Shown here piece after piece: positions 18,352 to 28,039 of a stretch of 64,000 nucleotides of DNA. A program made the translations under genes and the position numbers. The stretch lies in NCBI GenBank assembly GCA_965197745.1, contig CBDANS010000006.1, positions 576,001-640,000 on the forward strand, written 5' to 3'. The notes under the pieces are model-generated. The model worked only from the letters and a program-made list of their open reading frames with translations. It ran no database searches and was not told the DNA's origin. This DNA is from Opitutales bacterium. Its GTDB lineage: Bacteria > Verrucomicrobiota > Verrucomicrobiia > Opitutales > PNEW01. Each line of letters starts with the position of its first letter. The stretch's first letter is position 1.

Positions 18352-19461
18352 CTAAGAACAAGGTTCCACGATCGGTCGGATTCCTTCCCTACTTTCCAAA
18401 GCACTCATTGCCTCGGTAACACCCTCCGCCGATAAGGGATAACGTGGTCCTGCCATTTCGAAAAAAGGATATCTCTCCTGATTGCGATGGACGAGGTTAA
18501 TAGCCATCCCGAGATGCCTCGGTTCGTAATTGTGTCGTCCCACCAGGGTCAAACATTTGGTGATGACATCGTAGGAATGGAGGGTGAAAGTATCATTCGG
18601 ATAAACCGCGCCCTGGAGAAGGTAGCGCCCGCCTGTCCGCAGCATATTTATACCTGTTTCCACAACCCTGGCAAAGCCCGTGACCTCGATTAACAGATCG
18701 GCGCCTCTCCCATCGGTCAATTCCCTAACCGCTTCTACCTGATCATCGCAATCCAGCTTTTCGGCATTCAGGGTGCGATCCACTCCAAAGCGTTTTGCCA
18801 TCTCCAGGCGTGTATCAAGAATATCAACCATGATCACCTGGCTCGCACCTGAAGCTTTGGCAAATGCCGCCGCATATAAACCAAGCATGCCGGCACCCTG
18901 AATTACCACGGTATCTCCGTGATCCACCCCAATCCTGTCCAATCCGCCGGCAACTGTAGCCGCTGCGCACATCAATGGGGAAGCAGTCTCATCCGGCATG
19001 CCTTCGGGAAGCTTGAATATCCCCGTCCCCGGTTTCAGGTAAACATACTCACCAAATGTCCCGAGGAAATAAGGAGGTACATCACTGACGGAGTGACCGT
19101 ATTTAAACAGATTCAAGCATTTTTGCGGCAGCGCATAATCCTGGCAAAAGATACAATCGCCGCACGACGCCATGATCGTCCAGGAAATCCGATCACCCAC
19201 GGATAGTTGCTCACCCGCGGCATCCCTGGCATCCCTGTCACCCATTTTCTCCACGATGCCTACACCTTCATGACCCATCACTGAAGGCACAGGAAAAGGT
19301 CGACGCCCTTTCCAACTGTGCATGTCGGAACCACACACCGTAGCGATTTTCGTTTTTACAAGGATCGCTCCTGGTTCCAAATCATCCGGCAGCGGATATT
19401 CCCGATCCTCCAGGGGCTCACCCACACCTAGAAAGAATACTGCTTTCCCCCTCTTACTCAT
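18352..19461 (-). CDS. Zn-dependent alcohol dehydrogenase resembling the phosphonate-catabolism-associated ADH group
   Basis: CGSD.H, GHE, structural Zn C..C..C...C, QKC..LFKYGH, CAAATV, GAGMLG. Confidence 0.85.
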   Translation of the reverse strand: MSKRGKAVFFLGVGEPLEDREYPLPDDLEPGAILVKTKIATVCGSDMHSWKGRRPFPVPSVMGHEGVGIVEKMGDRDARDAAGEQLSVGDRISWTIMASCGDCIFCQDYALPQKCLNLFKYGHSVSDVPPYFLGTFGEYVYLKPGTGIFKLPEGMPDETASPLMCAAATVAGGLDRIGVDHGDTVVIQGAGMLGLYAAAFAKASGASQVIMVDILDTRLEMAKRFGVDRTLNAEKLDCDDQVEAVRELTDGRGADLLIEVTGFARVVETGINMLRTGGRYLLQGAVYPNDTFTLHSYDVITKCLTLVGRHNYEPRHLGMAINLVHRNQERYPFFEMAGPRYPLSAEGVTEAMSALESREGIRPIVEPCS

Positions 19462-19619
19462 ATCCCATCAATACAATATATTTCTTACCAACTCACTGCA
19501 CCACTCATTATGCAAGGTAACTCCGCCGCCATATTGCCACAAGATTTATTATTATGAATTGGGTCGTAGAACTATAACGATTGAGATATCATAAGGTTGC
19601 GATTTGATACACGATGCAT

Positions 19620-20436
19620 GTTGAAGGGCCACGCTATGCCTGTCATGCCGTAGTCCCGTGGTGGCGGGACGAACGAAGGCAGATCGTGGCCGTTTGTTAT
19701 TCGGTAATTATCGGAAAATACGCGGACGCGATCAGCCGTCGCCCGGTGGACTATGGCCGACAGGCATCGCGCGTCCCTCCATATTTTACATCCCCTCGTG
19801 CACGCTTCTACGCATTCACCCATAATCGCATTCACCCTTTCAACTTTCTTTCTATTGTCATTGCGAGGATCCTGCAACTGCAGGAGACGCGGCAATCCAG
19901 GCGAATGCCGGATACGTGTTGATATTCGCCTGGAATGTAAGATGTCAGGCTACTGCCCTCGGTAGCCACGTCGCAACGCTCCTCGCAATGACAGTTGAGA
20001 AAAAAGTCTATTTCTGCTTTACCGCTTACACACATTACCGCATATCCACATTCACCCTTACTCCCTTTTACCCATATCTACATTACCTGGAGGGCCATGC
20101 TCCGTCATGGCCGTTAGGTGTTCGGTAAATAACGAAAAATACACGGACGCGATCAGCCGTCGCCTCGAAGATGCGCGAGGACTATGGCCGACAGGCACTG
20201 CGCGTCCCTCCATATTTTACATCCCCCCGTGCACGCTTCTACGCGTTCACCCATTCACGCATAATCGCATTCACCCTTTCAACTTTCTTTCTATTGTCAT
20301 TGCGAGGATCCTGCAACTGCAGGAGACGCGGCTACCGAGCGCAGCGACATCTTCCATTCCAGGCGAATGCCGGTTACGTGTTGATATTCGCCTGGATTGC
20401 TTCGTCTCCCGCAGTTGCGGGATCCTCGCAATGACA
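19620..20436. repeat. Tandem composite repeat units (~420-440 bp period)
   Basis: 19700-19893 recurs at 20121-20332; RPE-like palindromes at 19856-19993 and 20295-20436; REP pairs at ~19622-19781 and ~20089-20212. Confidence 0.9.
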
Positions 20437-20564
20437 AAGGTAATCAAAACCCAATCCGTAAAAAGGGTTACCCGACGGTTACTTATCACTATCTGGCTGT
20501 CTTGGATCGCGCATCCTAATATTATGAAGGGAGCAGACCTTTTTTTAATATTCCCCCTTTGAGC

Positions 20565-20614
20565 TTGACAGACTGCCTGATTAATATAAATTAATGAGTT
20601 TATACTCACTGAGT
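20565..20614 (+). promoter_or_regulatory. Promoter and probable TetR operator
   Basis: TTGACA at 20565 with an AT-rich -10; overlapping palindromes TGAGT-N4-ACTCA (20595-20608) and ACTCA-C-TGAGT (20604-20614). Confidence 0.6.
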
Positions 20615-20627
20615 TATTACTTATCAA

Positions 20628-21221
20628 ATGATTGCGGTTGGAAAAAGAGTCAAACAGAAAGCAGAGACGCGAGAACGAATTCTTAAAGCTGCTTACCATG
20701 AATTTTCGAAAAAAGGAATCCAGGCGACGAAGACTGCCGAGATTGCCCGATCAGCTAAACTTTCGCATGGGGCAATCTTTGTTCATTTCGCCACTCGAGA
20801 GGACATTCTAGCCAGTGTAATTGATCAATTTGGTATCAGGTTAGGCAGCCAATTGGAGAAACGCCTGAAAAATAAAAGCAGCGTTCGCGAGATACTTAAA
20901 GCTCACCTTAATACCATTAAGGAATTCGAATCGTTTTATACGGAATTAGTCATCCTGGGACCACAATTGCCTAAATACGTACGAGGAACTTTATTTACGG
21001 TGCAGAACGGGTTGTTGCATTATTTTATGGCAGCCCTGGAAAATGAGATTCCGAGCAAACGTTATCGCCATCTATCCAAAAGTCTAATATTTAATACCTG
21101 GATGGGGTTGGTTCATTATTATGTAGCGAACAGAGATCTTTTTGCGCCAGGAAGATCGATTATCTCAAAACAGGGTAATCGGATTATAAGACATTTTCTA
21201 AACCTGATTGATGTAAAATAA
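20628..21221 (+). CDS. TetR/AcrR family regulator
   Basis: TRERILKAA..F..KG...T.TAEIA..A.LSHGAIFVHF. Confidence 0.92.
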   Translation: MIAVGKRVKQKAETRERILKAAYHEFSKKGIQATKTAEIARSAKLSHGAIFVHFATREDILASVIDQFGIRLGSQLEKRLKNKSSVREILKAHLNTIKEFESFYTELVILGPQLPKYVRGTLFTVQNGLLHYFMAALENEIPSKRYRHLSKSLIFNTWMGLVHYYVANRDLFAPGRSIISKQGNRIIRHFLNLIDVK

Positions 21222-21239
21222 CAATGGAAGGAGAAAACA

Positions 21240-21491
21240 ATGACGGAAAAGTGTAAAGCATGTGGTTCCTGTGGTATGCCTCTATTAAATAAAGAAGATT
21301 TTGGAGGGGCCGATATGAGTAACGATTACTGTGTACATTGCACCGATGGGGACGGTAAGTTAACGGCTACATTCGAGGGAATAGTATCTTATTATGCTGA
21401 CGAGTTTCAAAAAGAACAAGGTCTGGACAAAACTGAGGCACGAAAGATGGCCGCAGAAACCGTTTCTAAATTACCCGCCTGGAGTAATTGA
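21240..21491 (+). CDS. Zinc-ribbon domain protein
   Basis: CGSCGMPL ... YCVHC ... LPAW. Confidence 0.85.
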   Translation: MTEKCKACGSCGMPLLNKEDFGGADMSNDYCVHCTDGDGKLTATFEGIVSYYADEFQKEQGLDKTEARKMAAETVSKLPAWSN

Positions 21492-21609
21492 TTATTTAAT
21501 GGGTAGATTTGTAGAGGTTAAACTAACAAACTGAATTTATTATTTTAATTGGAAAGGGTCAGCCTCTGCATGGAAGATCTTAGTGAGAAAGAAGTCTTTT
21601 ATGTTAGCT

Positions 21610-21968
21610 CGAGACCTGCAACAGCGGCGCTAAGCTACCGAGTGCAGTAGCCCACCTGTCGTCCATAGCCACGTCGCAACGCTCCTCGCAATGACAAGTG
21701 AGAAAAAAGTCTATTTCTGCTTTACCGCTTACACACATTACCGCATATCCACATTCACCCTTACTCCCTTTTACCCATATCCACTTTACCTGGAGGACCA
21801 TGCTCCGTCATGGCCGTTAGGTGTTCGGTAAAGAACGGAAAATACACGGACGCGACGACGCGCGTCCCTCCATTATTTACATTCCCGCATTTCCACTTGT
21901 TCGCTTACACCCGTAACCGTGTTCCAGCTTTACCGCTTACACGCATTTTCGCGTATTCGCTTATCCCC
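21610..21968. repeat. Composite repeat block; 21666-21855 is a near-identical direct repeat of 19963-20152
   Basis: Direct sequence comparison over 190 nt, few substitutions. Confidence 0.9.
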
Positions 21969-21970
21969 TA

Positions 21971-22366
21971 TTATTGATCAACTCGAGTATAGAAATTAAT
22001 AAGGTTACCGTCTGGATCACGAAACCAGATTGAACGATTTCCCCATTCCTGGGTCGTTGGTGGTTTAACCCACTCGATATTTAATTTCATTAAGCGTTCA
22101 TATTCTTTATCAACGTCCTCTACTAGAAATTGCAGGGAAACACACCTGTTGGTGGCTGGTATTGAAGAGCCTTTAACCCTTTCGTCCTGGGCTTTAAAAC
22201 TATATAAAGCCAGTATCCCTCCCTCGGTATGAAACTCTACATAGATTGAACCTTCCCCACTATCCGGTTCAATTTTGAGGACTTCCCTGTAAAATGCCCT
22301 TAATCGATCAACATCATGGGTAGTTATACAACTGTGCGTGAATTTCATAAAATCAGTTCGTGTCAC
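21971..22366 (-). CDS. VOC/glyoxalase family protein
   Basis: T.DVDRLRAFYREVL, F.VEDVD.EYERL, P.TQEWGNRS..FRDPDGNLINF. Confidence 0.92.
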   Translation of the reverse strand: MTRTDFMKFTHSCITTHDVDRLRAFYREVLKIEPDSGEGSIYVEFHTEGGILALYSFKAQDERVKGSSIPATNRCVSLQFLVEDVDKEYERLMKLNIEWVKPPTTQEWGNRSIWFRDPDGNLINFYTRVDQ

Positions 22367-25079
22367 CCATTGATCTTATTAACTGTCTTTCTAAAAGATC
22401 ACTGAAGTTGCTCTCTAAAACTCTGAAACTTTCTGGATTAGTTTTGGTCGATTGAGTGTAGTCCCACATCGTCCAAAAGGGTATTCCAATGGTATAGATT
22501 CGATCAGGGTCGATCTGGTCTGATTCGGGACCAAAAAAGAATTTCAGTTTCTGTCTTCTCTTTTGTTCTTTAAAATACTCCTGTTGTTTTGTAATTTCAA
22601 CGCCGCTCAAGTTGATAACACCTAAACGCGAAGTATAAGCATCGGAATAGGCCATTACATCCATGAGACGCGTCTCCCCCGCGGCCCAAGAGGGCAGGAA
22701 TTCATTATCATTCACCGAATCAAGAACATAGTCTGCTCCTGTCCCCATTTGAATAGCTTTTTTCATTGCGATGTCAAAACCTTCCAAAGAACATAAATTG
22801 TCCGATAACTTTGGCGATTGACGATATCCCGCTTCCCAGCTCCATCGGCTATTGAAATTGCGCCCGGCCACGCGTTGATTTTTATGCGCGTTGAACAGTT
22901 GAAAGTCTTCAGCCCCTACGGCCCACCCTTGATGTCTCAACAGGGGTAGACCCGATCGATAAAAATCTTTCTCATTTGAAGCCAGCCAATAAATAAGCCG
23001 TTTCGGATTGAGTGGATTATAATAAAGCAGGCCCAGCCCTCGATCCGTAAAGTTCCAGGACACTTCATCGCTTGACGCAATCTTCCCATTGGTCAGGGAA
23101 ACAGGGAGGTCGTTGGCAAGACGGGCGACAATACTATTCTGGACTGCCGTTCCAATGAGTATCAGGTTATAGCGACTGATATCGCCTTCGGTTACATCCG
23201 TGTCCGGTTTCCCCGGCAACAGGCTATACTGCATTTGCCGGTCATATTGATCGGTCCAATTTGGATTGGGTGTGGCACGCGCCAGTTGAGCAAGATCCCT
23301 TATTTTTTCATTAACTTCATCCCCTCCATTCGTGCCCCAGACGACCATAAGCGGCTCTCCATGATAAAGCGCTGTAGCGCCTCCCGGGAAATGCAATCGT
23401 TCTTTTGGCAGTTTCGGTGAATGGGGATCGACGATCCACTTATTGTTCTTCCGATAGATAAACAGCTTATTGGGTAGTGGTGATTGAACCGTGCCTATTT
23501 GCTGCCCTTCAATGACAATCATCAGCGGTTTGTTTTGATCAATAGGGGAGGAAGCTATGTTGAGGGTAAGAGCTCCAACGTTATCAAAGTTGAGATAAAG
23601 GGTGTTATCATTACCGAGACTTAATTTGAAAGAAGGATAACTTCTCTTCGGTCCCCACTCGAGGATACTGGCCCACCACGCTCCATGGGATAGACCATCC
23701 ATTGCCGTAAAATGAATATTTCTAACTTGTGATGAACGGGTCTGACGTTTAACCCAATGAAGCGAGCGGATACTGGCTTCTGTATTACCCATAACTGCGT
23801 GCCCATCACCGTGTGTCTCGTCCCAGGTAACTTTTGCTCCCAATTGACTTAGCCGTTGCATGGCATTGCGCGAATTGGACATGGGAACCAGGAAATCATC
23901 ATCGCTATGCAACAGGTATAAAGGCACGTTTTTCATATTACCAAGGGGAAGATCTTCATTATAACCGGCCCAAATACGCCCCGATGAGAATTTATCGGGG
24001 AAACGGGCAATAAGGCTAAACGTACCTCCACCTCCCATGCTATTACCACCAAGATGTATCCTGTTTTCATCTATATTCCAGTTTTTGGTTACATAATCTA
24101 TGGCCTCCAGCACATCCACTTCAGATAAACCATTAAAACCAGACCGTGGTCCGCGACCCCAAACTGCTATCTGCAGGGCATCTTCATCGAAGATATTCGG
24201 ATCGCCAATTTTACTGATGAGGTAAGACTCTCCGGATCCATGTAAATCTATATAAAGGGGCCACGTTTTATTGGCGTCATAATCGGGAGGGATGTAAATC
24301 ATCATCGGTTGCAGGGTGCCATCAATCTCTGATCGATAAGCTATTTCTCCTTTGCCTCGCATCTTCGACAAATCTGCAGTGTTGTAATGCAATCCTTCCG
24401 GGACTTGAACAACGCGCTTCGAGGCGGGTTTTGTCGTGAATAGCTCGACGGCGAAACCCCAGGCGTGCACGGCCTGATCGGATTTTAAGAGTATCGAGTT
24501 CAGTCCTTTGTCTAAAGTTATTTCAAAACGATCCTCCCATGGCATCAGACCCCGCCGTTCCTGCCAGAGTGAGTGAACAAGTTCGCCGTTTACCCAGACC
24601 CTGACGCCATCGTTCGATCCAATATGGCAGTAAACAGTCTGCTTTTCATCTGATCTAACGCGGCAAAAAGCGTAGCCCACTTTGTAAGTCGATTTTGGAT
24701 AATAATTGATCATGTTTACCTGTCCCGTCCAATTCGTATCAATTAATTGAGGGGATACCGTCGTAGTATTTCCTTTATCGACTTTATAGGATACTTGTTT
24801 AACCCGTTTCCAGACTGGTTTAGTTTCTCCTCCCAGATCAGTCAGGTAGTCATGGTGAAATCCTCCCCGGGTTGCTCCATCGGGAGTTTCCGGTTTCTCC
24901 ATCATCTCATTGGGGAATGGTCCAAGAATAACCCAGTCTTTTACTGCCGCACCTTCATCGAGCGTATTGATTGGCACACCCATTGCGACCGCAGATCGAG
25001 CGTAGAGGCCGGGCAGCAATAAAAATATCAGGGTATACCCGATGCCGAGTGTCTTAAGGTGTTTTATAATGTAATTCAT
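22353..25079 (-). CDS. Large secreted alpha/beta-hydrolase (esterase/peptidase-like) with N-terminal beta-sandwich
   Basis: Signal peptide; GSNDGVRVWVNG domain; LHGSG, G.SMGGGG nucleophile, HSDDD, HGDGH. Confidence 0.78.
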   Translation of the reverse strand: MNYIIKHLKTLGIGYTLIFLLLPGLYARSAVAMGVPINTLDEGAAVKDWVILGPFPNEMMEKPETPDGATRGGFHHDYLTDLGGETKPVWKRVKQVSYKVDKGNTTTVSPQLIDTNWTGQVNMINYYPKSTYKVGYAFCRVRSDEKQTVYCHIGSNDGVRVWVNGELVHSLWQERRGLMPWEDRFEITLDKGLNSILLKSDQAVHAWGFAVELFTTKPASKRVVQVPEGLHYNTADLSKMRGKGEIAYRSEIDGTLQPMMIYIPPDYDANKTWPLYIDLHGSGESYLISKIGDPNIFDEDALQIAVWGRGPRSGFNGLSEVDVLEAIDYVTKNWNIDENRIHLGGNSMGGGGTFSLIARFPDKFSSGRIWAGYNEDLPLGNMKNVPLYLLHSDDDFLVPMSNSRNAMQRLSQLGAKVTWDETHGDGHAVMGNTEASIRSLHWVKRQTRSSQVRNIHFTAMDGLSHGAWWASILEWGPKRSYPSFKLSLGNDNTLYLNFDNVGALTLNIASSPIDQNKPLMIVIEGQQIGTVQSPLPNKLFIYRKNNKWIVDPHSPKLPKERLHFPGGATALYHGEPLMVVWGTNGGDEVNEKIRDLAQLARATPNPNWTDQYDRQMQYSLLPGKPDTDVTEGDISRYNLILIGTAVQNSIVARLANDLPVSLTNGKIASSDEVSWNFTDRGLGLLYYNPLNPKRLIYWLASNEKDFYRSGLPLLRHQGWAVGAEDFQLFNAHKNQRVAGRNFNSRWSWEAGYRQSPKLSDNLCSLEGFDIAMKKAIQMGTGADYVLDSVNDNEFLPSWAAGETRLMDVMAYSDAYTSRLGVINLSGVEITKQQEYFKEQKRRQKLKFFFGPESDQIDPDRIYTIGIPFWTMWDYTQSTKTNPESFRVLESNFSDLLERQLIRSMGDTN

Positions 25080-25089
25080 GGGGGGGATT

Positions 25090-25620
25090 TTATTTTTTAA
25101 TTAACGCAATTTTTTCACTGTGTTCTGTGATAAACCAGTCATCAAGGAGATCAAGGTATTTGATCTGTAATTCCGACGGAAGGGCGAAATATCCGGAGAC
25201 AATAGTTTTTCTGCATATATTACACCCACAGTTGCATGACCACACTTCACCATCATGGCAATTGATACAATAATCATAGGTGATTTCTTCATCTATGGTT
25301 ATATCGCATAAAGCAATTAACTGACGATATCCTGCTATAGTTTTCACATAAGTATTAGGATCACAGCTGTGATTAATGTGTCTTTCAGGTGATTGCATGA
25401 GGATTACTTTACCACCGGCTAAATAGTCGCAATGGTATACATGCTCTCCACGTTCAGGCTTTAATGGGTTATCGTCATTAACAATCCTGGAGTCATCAAT
25501 CTGAAGCACGTAATCACCCGATTTAAATTCACATAAGGAGAATACGCCCGAACCGTGAATCTTTGAATTCTTTACGCACACATTCGTCATCGATGTCCTA
25601 ATTATGGGAGTCCAAATCAA
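25090..25620 (-). CDS. SET domain protein
   Basis: S.IHG.GVF, INHSCDPN, EEITYDY, post-SET C.CG..CR. Confidence 0.92.
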   Translation of the reverse strand: MIWTPIIRTSMTNVCVKNSKIHGSGVFSLCEFKSGDYVLQIDDSRIVNDDNPLKPERGEHVYHCDYLAGGKVILMQSPERHINHSCDPNTYVKTIAGYRQLIALCDITIDEEITYDYCINCHDGEVWSCNCGCNICRKTIVSGYFALPSELQIKYLDLLDDWFITEHSEKIALIKK

Positions 25621-26665
25621 ATACTTTTTTGTGCATTAACTCGTTTATTTCTTTTAAACCGGCACTTGTTTTCAATTGATCGACCTGTCTATTAAGCACA
25701 CGTGAAAATTTACACATATCTCTCAGCTGATCCAAATTTGACCAAACAAACAAATCAGCCAATATAGACAGCTCTTCATCGGTGAAAGGATAACGCTTGT
25801 GATAAGCCACCAGGAAATGCTTCTGCTGATCAAGGCTTAGTGTCTTAGCACTGTCTGGCTCGGGTGAACTGATAATTCCAAAACAAACATCTATCAGTCG
25901 TTCAGCATACCCCGTTTGATCAAAATCAATGATTCCGGTTATTTTATCATTTTCCTCCAATACATGGCATAATCGAAAATCACCATGGATAATAGTTTTC
26001 TTGAACCCCACCCCGGCTATTGCCTCAAGCTGATTCTCAAGATGTTGAAAGGCATTTGCTAACAGGTTGACCTCGTGAGAACTGAACAAATCATCAAAGG
26101 CTGATAGATCACTCTGAATTTTCGGAAGTGCATTGCGTATCTGTTCTGGAATGGTAAATCGTGAGGTATCGCTGCTTATACTCCTGGAATGACTGTCAAG
26201 ATATTCTTCTCCAAGGCTATGATATTCAGCCATCACCCTCGCAAAATTCTCAACTTGACGTTCAGTATTGCCGGTCACTGGCTTACCCGGCATAGCCGTC
26301 ATGATATAGGTAACATTGTAAGGGGTATTATCTAAGAGAGAAAAGTATGCCTCGCCATTCTTAGTATTAAGTATCTCAGGTAGTGGCAGACCTTTATCAC
26401 GAAGAAATGATGCTACACTGACAAAAGCCACGGGATCGGAAATTCCATCGGATGTAAACTTAAGATAAAAATTACCCCGTTGAGTATTAATTTTTAAGCA
26501 CATTCCATAAGCAGTGTGTAAGGAATCAAAATGATTCACGATTAAGCCATAGGTTTGATCGAGCTGCTCTGTTACACGCTCTTGCAATTCATCGATTGAA
26601 CTTATTCCATATACTTTGGATAGTTCATTATCGACGTTTTTACCATAGGGAGAAATGATATCCAT
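25598..26665 (-). CDS. Phosphotransferase (APH/homoserine kinase type II-like)
   Basis: IHGDF..HVL, GIIDFD. Confidence 0.85.
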   Translation of the reverse strand: MDIISPYGKNVDNELSKVYGISSIDELQERVTEQLDQTYGLIVNHFDSLHTAYGMCLKINTQRGNFYLKFTSDGISDPVAFVSVASFLRDKGLPLPEILNTKNGEAYFSLLDNTPYNVTYIMTAMPGKPVTGNTERQVENFARVMAEYHSLGEEYLDSHSRSISSDTSRFTIPEQIRNALPKIQSDLSAFDDLFSSHEVNLLANAFQHLENQLEAIAGVGFKKTIIHGDFRLCHVLEENDKITGIIDFDQTGYAERLIDVCFGIISSPEPDSAKTLSLDQQKHFLVAYHKRYPFTDEELSILADLFVWSNLDQLRDMCKFSRVLNRQVDQLKTSAGLKEINELMHKKVFDLDSHN

Positions 26666-26721
26666 CGGTGTTCAAGCGTAAACTGATCTGTGAATGCATG
26701 AAAAAGTTATTATCACTTTTA

Positions 26722-27204
26722 TTATTTTTCCGGATTCAGTTTTTTAGACATGAGGACACACTCCAGTTCCCTGCCCTCCTGCAACCTGTATCTTTCAGAC
26801 TTTTCTTGCTGGTACCCCGCTGCTGCATAGAATGAAACCGCATTGAGTGTGGAGTATAGCTTCAAACAATTTAGCGCTGACTTCCTGGCAATCGCTTCTA
26901 ATTCAGACAATATCAATGATCCCGTTCCTCTGCCAGTGTAAGCGGGATGAACATAGACGGCAGTGATCACTCGTTCCTTTAATATAATGCCGCCAAACCC
27001 AATTATTTTACCATCCACTTCCGCGACAAATAAACGCTCCCCCTGCTCCATGGCGCGAATGTAGTTTTCAGCGCGCTTTTCTCCTGACCATGCCTCTATT
27101 TCCTCGTCGGCATACCTGGCATTACATAATTCACGTATTGATTTAACGTGGACACCGCAGATTGCCCCCACATCTCCCACTTGGGCTTCCCGTATCGTTA
27201 TCAC
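26722..27204 (-). CDS. GNAT N-acetyltransferase
   Basis: YVHP..GRGTG, STLNAV.FY...GY. Confidence 0.9.
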   Translation of the reverse strand: MITIREAQVGDVGAICGVHVKSIRELCNARYADEEIEAWSGEKRAENYIRAMEQGERLFVAEVDGKIIGFGGIILKERVITAVYVHPAYTGRGTGSLILSELEAIARKSALNCLKLYSTLNAVSFYAAAGYQQEKSERYRLQEGRELECVLMSKKLNPEK

Positions 27205-27941
27205 TTTTTATTCTTCATTACCGCTATAAATAGACCTCTTCCTTTCATTAACCCGTTTTTCAAAAACCTGGCCTGAAACCCGGCATCCTCGAGTATTTTC
27301 AAAAATCGATCTTTATCAAAGAGGGCTAAGTCATGTTGATCACGTAAATACTGAACACCTCGTTTCGTAGCGATCAGAAAATGAAAATCTATAATGGCTA
27401 GATTTCCTCTCTTTCTACTGACATTCATCCTGCTAATCTTACAACCATTGCCACTCTGGGTACCCCCATTGATTTGACCGTTATTGTATGTTTCTGGTGA
27501 AAAGAAAGGTTCAATGATGACGACACCTCCGGGGACCAGATGTTTGGCCATACAGGAAATGCTTTTCTTAAGATTTGTATACGTCTTTGCGTAGGCAATT
27601 GCACTGAAGAGGCAGGTAATAACATCAAATTGTTGTTTAAGATCGAAATTGATCATGTCGCCGCGATGAAATTTAACCTTCGGACATTTCTTTCGCGCCT
27701 CTTTAAGCATATAATGGTTAAAGTCTAATCCGACGATCTCATACTGGTTGCTTAAATACTTGATGTGTCCACCAGTACCACAAGCAACATCGAGGAGTTT
27801 ATTACCCGGTGATTTCTTATATTTTTTAATGAGCTCATGAATATGCTGTGACTCTAAACAATAGTCTTTCCACTGATACCAAACATCATAATACGGAGCC
27901 AGCTCAGCCCACATTTTTTCTGTTTTATGCTTATTGCTCAT
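27201..27941 (-). CDS. Class I SAM-dependent methyltransferase
   Basis: LLDVACGTG, GDM..F, FDVITCLFSAI, HLVPGG. Confidence 0.92.
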   Translation of the reverse strand: MSNKHKTEKMWAELAPYYDVWYQWKDYCLESQHIHELIKKYKKSPGNKLLDVACGTGGHIKYLSNQYEIVGLDFNHYMLKEARKKCPKVKFHRGDMINFDLKQQFDVITCLFSAIAYAKTYTNLKKSISCMAKHLVPGGVVIIEPFFSPETYNNGQINGGTQSGNGCKISRMNVSRKRGNLAIIDFHFLIATKRGVQYLRDQHDLALFDKDRFLKILEDAGFQARFLKNGLMKGRGLFIAVMKNKK

Positions 27942-28039
27942 TAATCCTATTCATCACAAATTCACTACGGTGTCTGTTCTCTTTTATTCAGGTATCATCT
28001 CCGAATTGTTCTTCACGGATGGTTGGCGGGTTTTCCATA

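Noticed and set aside
19572..20699. ORFs of 67-151 aa over the repeat blocks (also 10113-10361, 11722-12027, 15337-15952, 21604-21801)
   Set aside because: They are translations of palindromic repeats (CHCEERCDVA, VIARILQLQE) in several frames with no protein-family signal.
11440..21970. CRISPR array suggested by recurring ~25-nt palindromes
   Set aside because: Copies alternate in orientation, vary in sequence, are irregularly spaced and have repetitive spacers; no cas genes. They fit REP/RPE-type repeats.
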